Below, in pieces: positions 1 to 10,232 of a stretch of DNA of 64,000 bases; positions within the stretch are counted from its first letter, which is position 1; each line of letters opens with the position of its first letter. The notes beneath the pieces are model-generated. The model was given only the letters and a program-made list of their open reading frames with translations, searched no databases and was not told the DNA's origin. Location of the stretch: NCBI GenBank assembly GCA_023664325.1, contig JAMPFS010000006.1, positions 13,008 to 77,007 of the forward strand, read 5' to 3'. The stretch comes from Clostridium sp. GTDB taxonomy: Bacteria; Bacillota; Clostridia; Lachnospirales; Lachnospiraceae. Both the position numbers and the translations under genes were made by a program.

Positions 1-741
1 AAAATTATTGCAGGCAACTGGAAGATGAACAAGACTCCTAGTGAAGCGGTTGCTTTGATTGAGGAGTTAAAGCCGTTGGTACAGAATGAGGATGTAGATG
101 TAGTATTTTGTGTGCCGGCAATTGATATTATCCCGGCAGTTGAAGCTACCAAAGGAACCAATATCAATATCGGCGCTGAGAATATGTATTTTGAGGAAAG
201 CGGAGCCTATACCGGTGAAATCGCTCCGAATATGTTAGTTGATGCAGGCGTAAAATATGTTGTGATTGGACACTCAGAAAGACGGGAATATTTCGCTGAG
301 ACAGATGAGACGGTAAATAAAAAAGTGTGCAAGGCATTAGAGAAAGGCATTACGCCAATCATCTGCTGCGGTGAATCCCTGACACAGAGAAAGCAGGGAA
401 TTTACCTTGAGTGGATTGCAATGCAGATTAAGATTGCATTTCAGAATGTAACGGCAGATCAGGCAAAGACCTGTGTGATCGCTTATGAGCCAATCTGGGC
501 AATCGGCACAGGCGAGACTGCTACGGATGATCAGGCAGAGGAAGTATGTGCAGCAATCCGTAAAGTGATCGGTGAAGTGTATGATGAGGCAACTGCTGAG
601 GCAATCCGTATCCAGTATGGCGGTTCGATGAATGCAGGAAATGCAGCATCCTTGCTTGCTAAGCCGAATATTGATGGTGGATTAGTTGGCGGCGCATCTC
701 TAAAAGCAGATTTTGGCAAAATAGTAAACTATAATAAATAA
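1..741 (+). CDS. tpiA: triosephosphate isomerase, 5' end truncated by window edge
   Basis: Frame 1 is open from base 1 and reads [10 protein letters not shown] ahead of the tracked Met at 25; motifs [24 protein letters not shown]. Confidence 0.95.
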   Translation, partial: KIIAGNWKMNKTPSEAVALIEELKPLVQNEDVDVVFCVPAIDIIPAVEATKGTNINIGAENMYFEESGAYTGEIAPNMLVDAGVKYVVIGHSERREYFAETDETVNKKVCKALEKGITPIICCGESLTQRKQGIYLEWIAMQIKIAFQNVTADQAKTCVIAYEPIWAIGTGETATDDQAEEVCAAIRKVIGEVYDEATAEAIRIQYGGSMNAGNAASLLAKPNIDGGLVGGASLKADFGKIVNYNK

Positions 742-751
742 AAGAATAAAG

Positions 752-782
752 AAAGGATCGTCACAACAGACGGTCCTTTTGT
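752..782 (+). terminator. putative rho-independent terminator after tpiA
   Basis: aaaggatcgtc / gacggtccttt stem with short loop, then T-rich run. Confidence 0.55.
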
Positions 783-865
783 CTGTGTAAACGTGAAAAA
801 CTTACATGGTTTCTTTATGAAGCGTTGGCGCAGATTCAAACAATCGGCAAAGATGGGAGATACCA

Positions 866-2158
866 ATGAAAAAAAGATACTTATTATTTATTTTATTATT
901 TGCAGTATGCCTGCTGTTTCCATATGACGTGGCAGAGGCAAAAAATGTATTTGAGGTTAGCGCACAGTGTGAGGTAAGCCCAAATGCGACATTGCGGATT
1001 AAGGTGAGTGAAAATGCTTATCAGTCCTTTGAAATTTATCGTGCAGAATCCATCAATGGAACCTACGAGAAAATAGGGGAGATTGGCTATAGTGATGATG
1101 ACTATTATTATGGTTATGATGATGATGACAGTTCAAGTAATAATTATTACGAAAAATATGAATATGATTCAAAAAACAAATGCTATTACATCATATATTA
1201 CTATACGGATTATAACCTACAGGTTGGCAAGACATATTATTACCGGGTAGATGCCTGCCCGAAAGATGGAGCTGTTGTCTCGAAGACGGCACAGACCGAG
1301 ATTTTAAGCGCAGGCCCTGAAATCACATACGGGAAGCGGAATGGAAAATTGGGAGCAAAGCTGAAATGGACAAAGGCTGAGAATGCAGACGGTTATTTGA
1401 TTTACTGTGTGAAGGATTATGATGATAAGAGTAATTATACAGCTGTAGATCCGAGTGATCTTGCAAAATACCAACTGGTTAAGACGATTCAGAATCCGAA
1501 TACATTGACGGCAAGTTTTTCCAAACTGAAAAATGGCGTGACGTATACATACCGCATCTGCTCCTACCGGAATGAGGGCGGAAAGAAGGTTCTAAGTACA
1601 CTATCACCGGCAAAAGCCGTTTTGATGAATTATTATTCCTATGATGGAGAGTCCTATTCACAGAGAATAAAGAGGGCATTTGGATCGGAAAAGAAGAAAA
1701 AGAGCAATTATAAGACGGCAAAGAAGGCATCTAAACAGATGAAACGGATTAAGATCAAGGTATGGGATTACAAAAAGGGGAAAAAGGGTAAGAAAGTGAC
1801 CAAAACAAAATACCTGACGGTGAATAAAAAGCTGGCTCCGTCTATTACGCAGATGTTTTCTGAAATCTATAAGAGCAAGGAAAAACAGGTGATTAAAGAT
1901 ATTGGATGCTATAGCTACCGTACCGGTGAGCATATGTATGGCATGGCAATTGATATCAATCCGAATGAAAATTATATGATTGATAAGGTAAACGGAAAGA
2001 AGAAAATCCTTTCAGGAAGCTATTGGAAACCGAACAAGGATCCATATTCCATTCCGGCTAACTGTGAGATGGTGCGGATTATGAGCAGATATGGATTTTA
2101 CCGGGGAGACTGGGGAGACCGGAAGGATTATATGCATTTTTCTTATTTTGGAACGTGA
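866..2158 (+). CDS. secreted LAS/M15-like zinc peptidase (cell-wall hydrolase-like) with N-terminal beta-rich region
   Basis: Signal peptide MKKRYLLFILLFAVCLLF; C-terminal EHMYGMAIDINP ... DYMHFSY resembles the His/Asp/His zinc ligands of VanY/M15-type peptidases; Lys-rich linker. Confidence 0.65.
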   Translation: MKKRYLLFILLFAVCLLFPYDVAEAKNVFEVSAQCEVSPNATLRIKVSENAYQSFEIYRAESINGTYEKIGEIGYSDDDYYYGYDDDDSSSNNYYEKYEYDSKNKCYYIIYYYTDYNLQVGKTYYYRVDACPKDGAVVSKTAQTEILSAGPEITYGKRNGKLGAKLKWTKAENADGYLIYCVKDYDDKSNYTAVDPSDLAKYQLVKTIQNPNTLTASFSKLKNGVTYTYRICSYRNEGGKKVLSTLSPAKAVLMNYYSYDGESYSQRIKRAFGSEKKKKSNYKTAKKASKQMKRIKIKVWDYKKGKKGKKVTKTKYLTVNKKLAPSITQMFSEIYKSKEKQVIKDIGCYSYRTGEHMYGMAIDINPNENYMIDKVNGKKKILSGSYWKPNKDPYSIPANCEMVRIMSRYGFYRGDWGDRKDYMHFSYFGT

Positions 2159-2209
2159 TATGATATAAGAAAATCATGCCCTGGGACAAAGTTATGCGAA
2201 TGGAAGTCA

Positions 2210-2248
2210 AAAGGAACGACAGGTTATAACGTCTGTCGTTCCTTTTTT
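2210..2248. terminator. bidirectional terminator between convergent genes
   Basis: aaaggaacgacag ... ctgtcgttcctttttt, perfect 11-bp stem flanked by A-run and T-run. Confidence 0.7.
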
Positions 2249-2564
2249 ACAGGGAATTTATAAATTCGATCAAAGCTTCATATTGGGCAGGTTCCAGTTT
2301 TTGGGCGGCATGCAGTAAATCCAATTGGTATTGGGTAAGCGATAAGGTACTTTCGTCATCTTCTAAAAAGAACTGGGAAAGCGTAATACCAAAGGCATCA
2401 CATATTTTATTAAGCGACGGGATGGAAGGAAGCATATTTTTGCGATACCATGAGGATATTGTAGATTGTGTGAGACCGGAGCGCTCCGCAAGCTGATATT
2501 CTGTCCAGTGGCGCGCCTCCCTTAAAGCCACAATTTTTTCTAAAACATTCATGAAATTCTCCAT
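2247..2564 (-). CDS. XRE-family helix-turn-helix transcriptional regulator
   Basis: WTEYQLAERSGLTQSTISSW HTH motif near N-terminus; 105 aa. Confidence 0.8.
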   Translation of the reverse strand: MENFMNVLEKIVALREARHWTEYQLAERSGLTQSTISSWYRKNMLPSIPSLNKICDAFGITLSQFFLEDDESTLSLTQYQLDLLHAAQKLEPAQYEALIEFINSL

Positions 2565-2705
2565 TCTACTATCAGGTTAAATATTATTATCTCTATCATA
2601 CTAAATGAAAGTATTGTCAAATAATACGAAAAGATGTATAATTATTACGATATTACGAATTATCCGGACGAGGATGTTGCGATTTGCCAAAAGGAGTATG
2701 CGAAG

Positions 2706-3650
2706 ATGAGGGTGTCAATTATTGTTCCCTGTTATAATGAGCAGGAGGCATTGCCTATATTTTATGAGGAGATAAATGGCGTATTAGAAAGTATGCCCTG
2801 TGAATATGAAATTTTATTCATCAATGATGGATCTGACGATCATACGCTGGACGTTTTGAAGGAAATTGCAGCCGGGAACCAAATGGTAAAGTATATCTCA
2901 TTTTCAAGGAATTTCGGCAAAGAGGCGGCAATCTATGCAGGTTTTTGCAATGTGACAGGTGATTATACGGCAATTATGGATGCAGATTTACAGGATCCTC
3001 CGGCATTGCTGCCGCAGATGTTGGAAATTCTGAAACAGGGGGATTATGACAGTGTGGCGACCAGGCGGGAAAACAGGGTCGGGGAACCGGCGGTGCGCAG
3101 TTGGTTTGCCAGATGGTTTTACCGCATCATCAATCGGATTTCGGATGCGGATATCATGGACGGCGCAAGGGATTTCCGTCTGATGAAAAAAAGCATGGTA
3201 GATGCCATTGTGAAAATGGGGGAGTATAATCGGTTTTCTAAGGGAATCTTTGGCTGGGTGGGCTTTCGTACATACTGGCTGTCTTATGAGAATCAGGAGC
3301 GGGTGGCAGGTGAGACAAAATGGAATTTCTGGAAACTGATGCGGTATGCATTGGAGGGAATTATAGATTTTTCACAGGTGCCGCTAAGCATTGCATCCTG
3401 GTTTGGGGTTATTATGACCGCATGTTCCTTTATCGCTGTCATTGTCATTATTATAAAGAAACTGCTGTTTGGGGATCCGGTTGAGGGCTGGCCTTCCCTG
3501 GCATGTATTATTACCTTTATTGGAGGTGTCCAGCTTTTTTGCATAGGGCTTATGGGGCAGTACATTGCAAAGGCATACCTGGAAGTAAAAAAACGGCCAC
3601 ATTATATTATAAAGGAGAGCAATCAGGAAAATATTGAAAATGTCAACTAG
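2706..3650 (+). CDS. GT2 polyprenyl-phosphate glycosyltransferase (GtrB/ArnC-like)
   Basis: VSIIVPCYNE, INDGSDD, DADLQDPP motifs; two C-terminal TM helices; start moved to Met 2706, preceded by aaaggag (track start 2634). Confidence 0.85.
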   Translation: MRVSIIVPCYNEQEALPIFYEEINGVLESMPCEYEILFINDGSDDHTLDVLKEIAAGNQMVKYISFSRNFGKEAAIYAGFCNVTGDYTAIMDADLQDPPALLPQMLEILKQGDYDSVATRRENRVGEPAVRSWFARWFYRIINRISDADIMDGARDFRLMKKSMVDAIVKMGEYNRFSKGIFGWVGFRTYWLSYENQERVAGETKWNFWKLMRYALEGIIDFSQVPLSIASWFGVIMTACSFIAVIVIIIKKLLFGDPVEGWPSLACIITFIGGVQLFCIGLMGQYIAKAYLEVKKRPHYIIKESNQENIENVN

Positions 3651-3758
3651 TTTGATGTTTTTGCCCGTTTTATAGCGGTGATAGAGTTACCTGTTGGAAG
3701 GCGCGGTTGAAAGAGAAAACGATAAAAAAGATTTGGCAAAATAGGGAGGAAATGGAAA

Positions 3759-5327
3759 GTGAAGCAGGAAAACAGAGGAAGGGGTAATTATAAAATCCGG
3801 GCAGCTTTGACGATATTTATTATACTGCATATCGTATTTGCAGTTTTTCTGGGAAGAAATAAAATCAATTTTCATTATGATGAATGGCTGACATTCGGGC
3901 TTGCAAATAACACGATGGGAGGCGTGAATATCGAAAATGGCAAAATATATCAGGGTTTTTCATTGTACAATGATTATCTTTCCGTAAAAAACACAGAACG
4001 TTTTGATTATGAAGGCGTGTGGGAAAACCAGGCAAACGATGTACATCCGCCATTTTATTATGTGGTGATCCATACCATCTGTTCTGTTTTTCCGGAGCAG
4101 TCCAGCAAATGGTTTGGCATTCTTCCCAACATTTTTTTTATGGCATGCATAGATATTTTGCTTTTTTTGCTGGCAAAATGCATTTTGAAGGATGAATGGC
4201 TTTCCTTTGTTACCGTTCTTGCGGCCGGAACGAATATGCTTGCCATGAATATGGTGATTTTTATACGGATGTATGAAATGGTGACATTTTTTATTGTCTG
4301 CACTTCGCTGCTGTTTTCGGCATACTTAAAGAAAGATAAAGATTGGAAGTTCTATATCGGCTGTTATATATGTGCGGTAGGCGGTACAATGACACATTAC
4401 TATTTTTTGATATATCTGTTTTTCCTATGCCTTTTCTTTGGCGCGCATCTTCTGATGCATAGAAAATGGCAGGAAATATGGAGATTTCTGTTGACATATA
4501 TCGTGGCTGGTGGAAGCTGTGTTTTGATTTTTCCGGATATGATAAAACAGATCTTTGGCGGCAGTGACAGAGGGAAACAGGCTTTTTCCGCCATACAGAC
4601 ATTTCAAAATTATGGCAAATATTTAGGGGAGTATTGCGAAATTTTAAATACATGTCTATTTGGCGGGGTATTTCTCTGGATGTTAATTGCATTTTGCTGC
4701 ATGGTTTTCTGGCTTTTTTATAAAAAAAGGCTTGGAACATGGACTGCAAAAGTGGATTTGGCGCCGGTTATGCTTTTGTTTACGGGAGTTTTATATGTCA
4801 TGTTAATCGCTAAAATAGCGCCTTACCGTACTGACCGTTATATTATGCCGGTTGGCTGGATTTTCATTTTGGTTTTTGTCTGGCTTATCAGGGACTTATC
4901 TGCTGTTATGGGCATAACCGGTAAAGGCAGGGTAAATGGAGGGATTTTACTGCTCCTGCTGTTTATGGCATTCAATTCCCTGAGAATATCGGATTGGAAG
5001 TACAAATATGATTACCAAAACGACAGGGAACGGTTTGATATCGTGGAGGAATATAAGGACTGTTCTGTTCTTTATGTTTACAGGATACGTTCCAGAACGG
5101 CATGTAATGCCGAGGAATTACGGAGATGCAAAGATTATGTTTTTGTCAAGCCGAAGGGCTTGTCCAAACTTGTGGAATCGGAGGATAAGGAGAAGCTGTT
5201 GGTATATATTGACAAAAAGTATGATGCTGCTGAGATTGTCAGCACAATATTAGATGCCAATCCTCATTTGCAGGATGCAGCCTACCTGTTTAAGAGCAGG
5301 TATGCAAAGGTATATTATATAGAGTAG
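3759..5327 (+). CDS. polytopic GT-C-type glycosyltransferase (ArnT/PMT-like)
   Basis: More than 10 hydrophobic segments; HYDEW acidic motif in first loop and VHPPFYY; immediately downstream of the GtrB-like gene; GTG start with agggagga RBS. Confidence 0.6.
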   Translation: MKQENRGRGNYKIRAALTIFIILHIVFAVFLGRNKINFHYDEWLTFGLANNTMGGVNIENGKIYQGFSLYNDYLSVKNTERFDYEGVWENQANDVHPPFYYVVIHTICSVFPEQSSKWFGILPNIFFMACIDILLFLLAKCILKDEWLSFVTVLAAGTNMLAMNMVIFIRMYEMVTFFIVCTSLLFSAYLKKDKDWKFYIGCYICAVGGTMTHYYFLIYLFFLCLFFGAHLLMHRKWQEIWRFLLTYIVAGGSCVLIFPDMIKQIFGGSDRGKQAFSAIQTFQNYGKYLGEYCEILNTCLFGGVFLWMLIAFCCMVFWLFYKKRLGTWTAKVDLAPVMLLFTGVLYVMLIAKIAPYRTDRYIMPVGWIFILVFVWLIRDLSAVMGITGKGRVNGGILLLLLFMAFNSLRISDWKYKYDYQNDRERFDIVEEYKDCSVLYVYRIRSRTACNAEELRRCKDYVFVKPKGLSKLVESEDKEKLLVYIDKKYDAAEIVSTILDANPHLQDAAYLFKSRYAKVYYIE

Positions 5328-5346
5328 CGTCTTTGTTTTTATGCAG

Positions 5347-5402
5347 GAAGGCTGCGATACCGGGAACACATATGTGTTCGTATCGCAGCTTCTTATTTTT
5401 TT
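5347..5402 (+). terminator. rho-independent terminator
   Basis: gaaggctgcgatac ... gtatcgcagcttc long stem (inner gaacaca/tgtgttc) followed by T-run. Confidence 0.75.
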
Positions 5403-5473
5403 CTTGTCTTATTGGGATAAAACAGTTATAATATTTAGCGTATATTGTATAACAGAAAGAAAGAGGTATTAAA

Positions 5474-6292
5474 ATGTACAAGATTGTTAGTAAAGAGACA
5501 CTCAACAGCGCAGTTGAGCTGATGGAGATTGAGGCACCATTTGTTGCAAACAAGTGTGAAGCCGGACAGTTTGTGATTGTTCGTGTAGATGAGGATGGTG
5601 AGAGAGTACCTCTTACGATTGCAGATTATGACAGAGAGAAAAAGACGGTTACGATTATTTACCAGGTGGTAGGATATTCCACAGAGCTTCTTGCCAAAAA
5701 GCAGGCTGGTGAGTATGTAGAGGATTTTGTAGGACCTTTAGGGCAGCCGGCGCCTCTTCATAAGTGTGAGCATGTAATTGGCGTAGCCGGCGGCGTGGGA
5801 TCCGCTCCACTTTACCCACAGCTTAGAAAACTCCATGAAATGGGTGTTAAGGTAGATGTTATTATCGGTGGACGTTCTGCTGAATTTGTGATTTTAGCGG
5901 AGAAGTTTGAGGAATTTTGCGATCATGTATATATTGCAACGGACGACGGGAGTCTTGGAACAAAGGGATTTGTTACTACCGTGCTTCAGGAATTAATTGA
6001 CAAGGGTGAAAAGTTTGATGAGGTGATTGCCATCGGGCCACTGATTATGATGAAAAATGTGGTAAATGTAACAAAGCCGCTTAATATTCCAACTGCGGTA
6101 TCCCTTAATCCAATTATGATTGACGGAACCGGTATGTGTGGCGGCTGCCGCGTAACCGTTGGCGGCAAGACGAAGTTTGCCTGTGTAGATGGTCCTGATT
6201 TTGATGGATTTTTAGTTGATTTTGATGAATGTATGAAACGTCAGGGAATGTTCAAAGAAGAAGAACATGCCTGCAAGCTGGCAAATGCATAA
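5474..6292 (+). CDS. nfnA: NfnA-type FAD/NAD(P)-binding oxidoreductase subunit (sulfide dehydrogenase / DHOD electron-transfer subunit-like)
   Basis: Ferredoxin-reductase-like N-terminus, GVAGGVGSAP, C-terminal cysteine cluster GTGMCGGCRV ... FACVDGP; paired with a GltD-like gene. Confidence 0.75.
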   Translation: MYKIVSKETLNSAVELMEIEAPFVANKCEAGQFVIVRVDEDGERVPLTIADYDREKKTVTIIYQVVGYSTELLAKKQAGEYVEDFVGPLGQPAPLHKCEHVIGVAGGVGSAPLYPQLRKLHEMGVKVDVIIGGRSAEFVILAEKFEEFCDHVYIATDDGSLGTKGFVTTVLQELIDKGEKFDEVIAIGPLIMMKNVVNVTKPLNIPTAVSLNPIMIDGTGMCGGCRVTVGGKTKFACVDGPDFDGFLVDFDECMKRQGMFKEEEHACKLANA

Positions 6293-6333
6293 GAAATAAG
6301 ACAGGGACAAATTGATTAAAGGAGATATACGCA

Positions 6334-7722
6334 ATGGAAAGAAATATGAGTATGACAAAGGTGGCAATGCCAGAGCAGGAGCCAAATGTTAGAAATAAGA
6401 ATTTTTCAGAGGTTGCCTTAGGATATACAAAGGAAATGGCAATGGAGGAAGCAGCAAGATGCTTGAATTGTAAGCATAGACCATGTATGGACGGTTGTCC
6501 GGTCAATGTACCGATTCCCGGATTTATTGAGAAGGTGGCAGAGGGCGACTTTGAGGCTGCTTATGAGATTATAACCAGTGAGAATGCCCTGCCTGCCATA
6601 TGCGGTCGTGTATGTCCGCAGGAAAACCAGTGTGAGGGCAAATGTGTAAGAGGCATTAAGGGCGAACCGGTTGCAATCGGGCGTTTAGAGCGTTTTGTAG
6701 CAGATTACCATATGGCAAATGCCGGTGAAGTTAAGGTTGACATTGAAAAGAACGGCAAAAAGGTTGCGGTTGTGGGATGTGGCCCTGCGGGCATTACCTG
6801 TGCAGGTGAGTTGATTAAAAAGGGTTATGATGTTACCGTGTTTGAAGCGCTTCATAAGGCTGGCGGTGTATTAAGCTACGGCATTCCGGAATTTCGTCTG
6901 CCAAAGGATTTAGTCGCAAAGGAAATCGAGACGGTCGAAAAATTGGGTGTCAAGATTGAGACAAATGTAATCATTGGACGTTCTGTTACCATTGATGAGT
7001 TAATGGAGCAGGGATATGGCGCCGTATTTGTAGGTTCCGGAGCCGGGCTTCCAAGATTTTTGAATATTCCGGGAGAGAATCTGCTCGGTGTATATTCTGC
7101 AAATGAGTTTTTAACCCGTGTGAATTTAATGAAGGCATACAAGTTCCCGGAGACGCCAACACCGGTTAAGGTCGGTAAAAAGGTTGCGGTTGTGGGCGCA
7201 GGTAATGTGGCAATGGATGCTGCAAGAACAGCTAAGCGGTTAGGAGCGGAAGAGGTATATATTGTTTACCGCCGTTCCGAGGAGGAACTTCCGGCGCGGG
7301 CAGAGGAAGTTCACCATGCAAAAGAAGAGGGAATTATCTTTAAACTTTTGAACAATCCATGCGAGATTCACGGAAAAGACGGATGGGTAACCGGTATTGA
7401 GGTTGTTAAGCAGGAGCTTGGCGAGCCGGATGAGTCGGGAAGAAGAAGCCCGAAGCCGGTGGAAGGTTCCAACTATATCATTGATGTGGACACGGTTGTC
7501 ATTGCAATCGGGCAGAGTCCGAATCCGTTGATCCGCCAGACGACGCCGGGATTGGATACCCAGAAGTGGGGCGGCATCATTGTAGACGAAGACACGATGA
7601 AAACCAGCAAAGATGGCGTATATGCAGGCGGTGATACCGTAACAGGCGCAGCGACCGTTATTCTTGCAATGGGTGCCGGTAAGAAGGCTGCAAAGGCAAT
7701 TGATGAGTATCTTAGCAAATAA
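6334..7722 (+). CDS. nfnB: NfnB-type NADPH-dependent oxidoreductase (glutamate synthase small-chain homolog)
   Basis: CLNCKHRPCMDGCPV and CGRVCPQENQCEGKC Fe-S motifs; two dinucleotide folds VAVVGCGPAG and VAVVGAGNVAMD. Confidence 0.8.
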   Translation: MERNMSMTKVAMPEQEPNVRNKNFSEVALGYTKEMAMEEAARCLNCKHRPCMDGCPVNVPIPGFIEKVAEGDFEAAYEIITSENALPAICGRVCPQENQCEGKCVRGIKGEPVAIGRLERFVADYHMANAGEVKVDIEKNGKKVAVVGCGPAGITCAGELIKKGYDVTVFEALHKAGGVLSYGIPEFRLPKDLVAKEIETVEKLGVKIETNVIIGRSVTIDELMEQGYGAVFVGSGAGLPRFLNIPGENLLGVYSANEFLTRVNLMKAYKFPETPTPVKVGKKVAVVGAGNVAMDAARTAKRLGAEEVYIVYRRSEEELPARAEEVHHAKEEGIIFKLLNNPCEIHGKDGWVTGIEVVKQELGEPDESGRRSPKPVEGSNYIIDVDTVVIAIGQSPNPLIRQTTPGLDTQKWGGIIVDEDTMKTSKDGVYAGGDTVTGAATVILAMGAGKKAAKAIDEYLSK

Positions 7723-7734
7723 AGCCGGATGAGC

Positions 7735-7773
7735 AATAACCCGATGGCAGGGAGTGCTGTCGGGTTATTTTAA
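7735..7773 (+). terminator. rho-independent terminator after nfnB
   Basis: aataacccga ... tcgggttatttt. Confidence 0.65.
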
Positions 7774-7804
7774 GGTGATAAAATGCAGATATAGGAGGTA
7801 TAAT

Positions 7805-8305
7805 ATGTTATTAAATGATGCTTATGTAGAGCAGTCTGTTAAGGCAACACCGGGGATTGGTTATTTCGGGAAGATTTTTATATCAGTCGCTTTGATTGTA
7901 TTTGGATTTCCGTTTATTTTATTGCGTGGTTTGGGTCTTTTGATGATGGTGGCAGGTATTGCGCTTTTGATGCATTTTGCAGGGGATGCCAAAATGGAGT
8001 ATGAGTACACCTTAACGAATGGGAATGTGGAGATTGCAGCCATTTATAATGCCAGCAGGCGGAAAGAAATCATGCAGTTTAATTTTGATAATGTCAGTTT
8101 GGTGGTGCCAAAGGGATCGAACCGGATCAATCCGCAGGAGAGGTTTGCAAAAACGTATTCCTTTGTCTCGAAGACGGGGGAAGGACAGCAGGTTTCTTTC
8201 GTTTTAGAGGAGAATGGCAAGAAGAAATTAGTAACCATTGAGCCGGATGAGAGGAGTTTGGAGCATATTAAAATGTATGCGAAGAATAAATGTTATGATA
8301 TTTAA
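7805..8305 (+). CDS. hypothetical membrane protein
   Basis: Start moved to Met 7805 behind ataggagg; two adjacent TM helices, then a soluble tail. Confidence 0.6.
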   Translation: MLLNDAYVEQSVKATPGIGYFGKIFISVALIVFGFPFILLRGLGLLMMVAGIALLMHFAGDAKMEYEYTLTNGNVEIAAIYNASRRKEIMQFNFDNVSLVVPKGSNRINPQERFAKTYSFVSKTGEGQQVSFVLEENGKKKLVTIEPDERSLEHIKMYAKNKCYDI

Positions 8306-8452
8306 CAGACAGGTTTGACTGGCGCTTTTATGAAGGATTCGTATAAAAACAGCAGGAGCAGGCAGAATGATAACGAATGAAACAAGATTTGAGTATTCGG
8401 GAGGTGGTTCACTTCCTAAAGGATATAATAATATATGAAAAGGAGAGTAGTT

Positions 8453-9991
8453 ATGAGTAAGAAACCGGTTGTATTAATGGTACTGGATGGTTATGGTTTA
8501 AATGATAAGACAGAGGGCAACGCAATTGCGATGGCAAATACCCCTGTGATGGATAAGCTGATGGCGGAATGTCCGTTTGTTCCGGGCAATGCTTCAGGGC
8601 TTGCCGTCGGCCTTCCGGATGGACAGATGGGAAATTCCGAGGTGGGACATATGAATATCGGCGCAGGACGTATTATTTATCAGGATTTAACCTCCATTAC
8701 CAAGTCGATTGAGGACGGTGATTTTTTTGAAAATGAAGCATTATTGGAGGCAATTGAGAATTGTAAGCAGAATCATTCCGATCTTCATTTATGGGGGCTT
8801 TTATCGGATGGCGGCGTTCACAGCCACAACACACATCTGTATGGAATTTTAGAGCTTTGCAAGAGACAGGGATTTCAGGATGTATATGTTCATCCATTTT
8901 TAGATGGACGTGATACTCCTCCGGCTTCCGGTAAGGATTATGTGGCAGAACTGGTTGCGAAGATGGATGAGATTGGCGTCGGCAAAGTAGCATCTTTACA
9001 TGGGCGTTATTATGCTATGGACCGTGACAACAGATGGGATCGTGTGGAGAAGGCTTATGCAGCCCTTGTATATGGGGAAGGCGAGAAGGCAGAGGATCCG
9101 GTTTTGGCTATGCAGGCTTCCTATGACAAGGAAGTGACAGATGAGTTTGTGCTTCCAACGGTGATTACAGACGGGGACAAGCCGTTGGCAACGGTGAAAG
9201 AGAATGACTCCGTGATCTTCTTTAATTTCCGTCCGGACCGTGCAAGAGAGATCACACGAGCATTCTGTGATGATGGATTTGATGGATTTGAGAGGAAAAA
9301 AGGACGGATTCCTGTCACATATGTATGCTTCAAAGATTATGATGAATCCATTCCGAATAAGAAGATTGCGTTTAAGAAGCAGTCAATTGAAAATACCTTC
9401 GGTGAATATCTTGCAAAGATGGGTAAGAAGCAGTTACGGCTTGCAGAGACAGAGAAGTATGCCCATGTCACATTTTTCTTTAACGGCGGCGTGGAGGAAC
9501 CGAATAAGGACGAGGATCGGACACTTGTCAAATCCCCGGCAGTCGCAACATATGACTTGCAGCCGGAGATGAGCGCGCCGGAGGTTGGAGAGAAATTAGA
9601 TGCGGCGATTACAAGCGGCGAATATGATGTGATTATTATCAATTTTGCAAATCCTGATATGGTAGGACATACCGGCGTGATTTCTGCCGCAGTAAAAGCG
9701 GTCGAGAGAATTGATGCCTGTGTCGGATCTGCCGTGGATGCTGTCAAAAAGGTGGATGGCGTACTGTTCATCTGCGCGGATCATGGCAATGCAGAGAAGA
9801 TGATTGACTATGAGACCGGTAATCCACATACGGCGCATACTACCAATCCGGTACCATTTATTCTGGTAAACTATGGGGATGTGAAGTTAAGGGAAGGCGG
9901 ATGCCTTGCAGATATTGCGCCAACCCTGTTAGAGATTATGGAACTTCCGCAGCCTGCTGAGATGACAGGAAAGAGTTTGATTGTACATTAA
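8453..9991 (+). CDS. gpmI: 2,3-bisphosphoglycerate-independent phosphoglycerate mutase
   Basis: VLMVLDGYG, GNSEVGHMNIGAGR, ADHGNAE motifs; start at Met 8453 behind aaaggagag. Confidence 0.95.
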   Translation: MSKKPVVLMVLDGYGLNDKTEGNAIAMANTPVMDKLMAECPFVPGNASGLAVGLPDGQMGNSEVGHMNIGAGRIIYQDLTSITKSIEDGDFFENEALLEAIENCKQNHSDLHLWGLLSDGGVHSHNTHLYGILELCKRQGFQDVYVHPFLDGRDTPPASGKDYVAELVAKMDEIGVGKVASLHGRYYAMDRDNRWDRVEKAYAALVYGEGEKAEDPVLAMQASYDKEVTDEFVLPTVITDGDKPLATVKENDSVIFFNFRPDRAREITRAFCDDGFDGFERKKGRIPVTYVCFKDYDESIPNKKIAFKKQSIENTFGEYLAKMGKKQLRLAETEKYAHVTFFFNGGVEEPNKDEDRTLVKSPAVATYDLQPEMSAPEVGEKLDAAITSGEYDVIIINFANPDMVGHTGVISAAVKAVERIDACVGSAVDAVKKVDGVLFICADHGNAEKMIDYETGNPHTAHTTNPVPFILVNYGDVKLREGGCLADIAPTLLEIMELPQPAEMTGKSLIVH

Positions 9992-10232
9992 ATGTTTCGG
10001 CAGCAGGGCTAACTGAATATTCTAACCGGACAGGACATATGGAGGGTTGCCGCTATATGTCCTGTTTGGTTATGATATTTGGGGCAGAAATCAAAAATGA
10101 AGCCCCAAATTGCAAAACGCAACGTACAGGTGCGCAGATGGAATGTTAAATTGCTGGGAAAATGCAGCGCTATCTGATATATTGTAGTGGAAGACAGAAA
10201 AAAATTCCTTTGGGAAAAGAAAGGGTACATCC

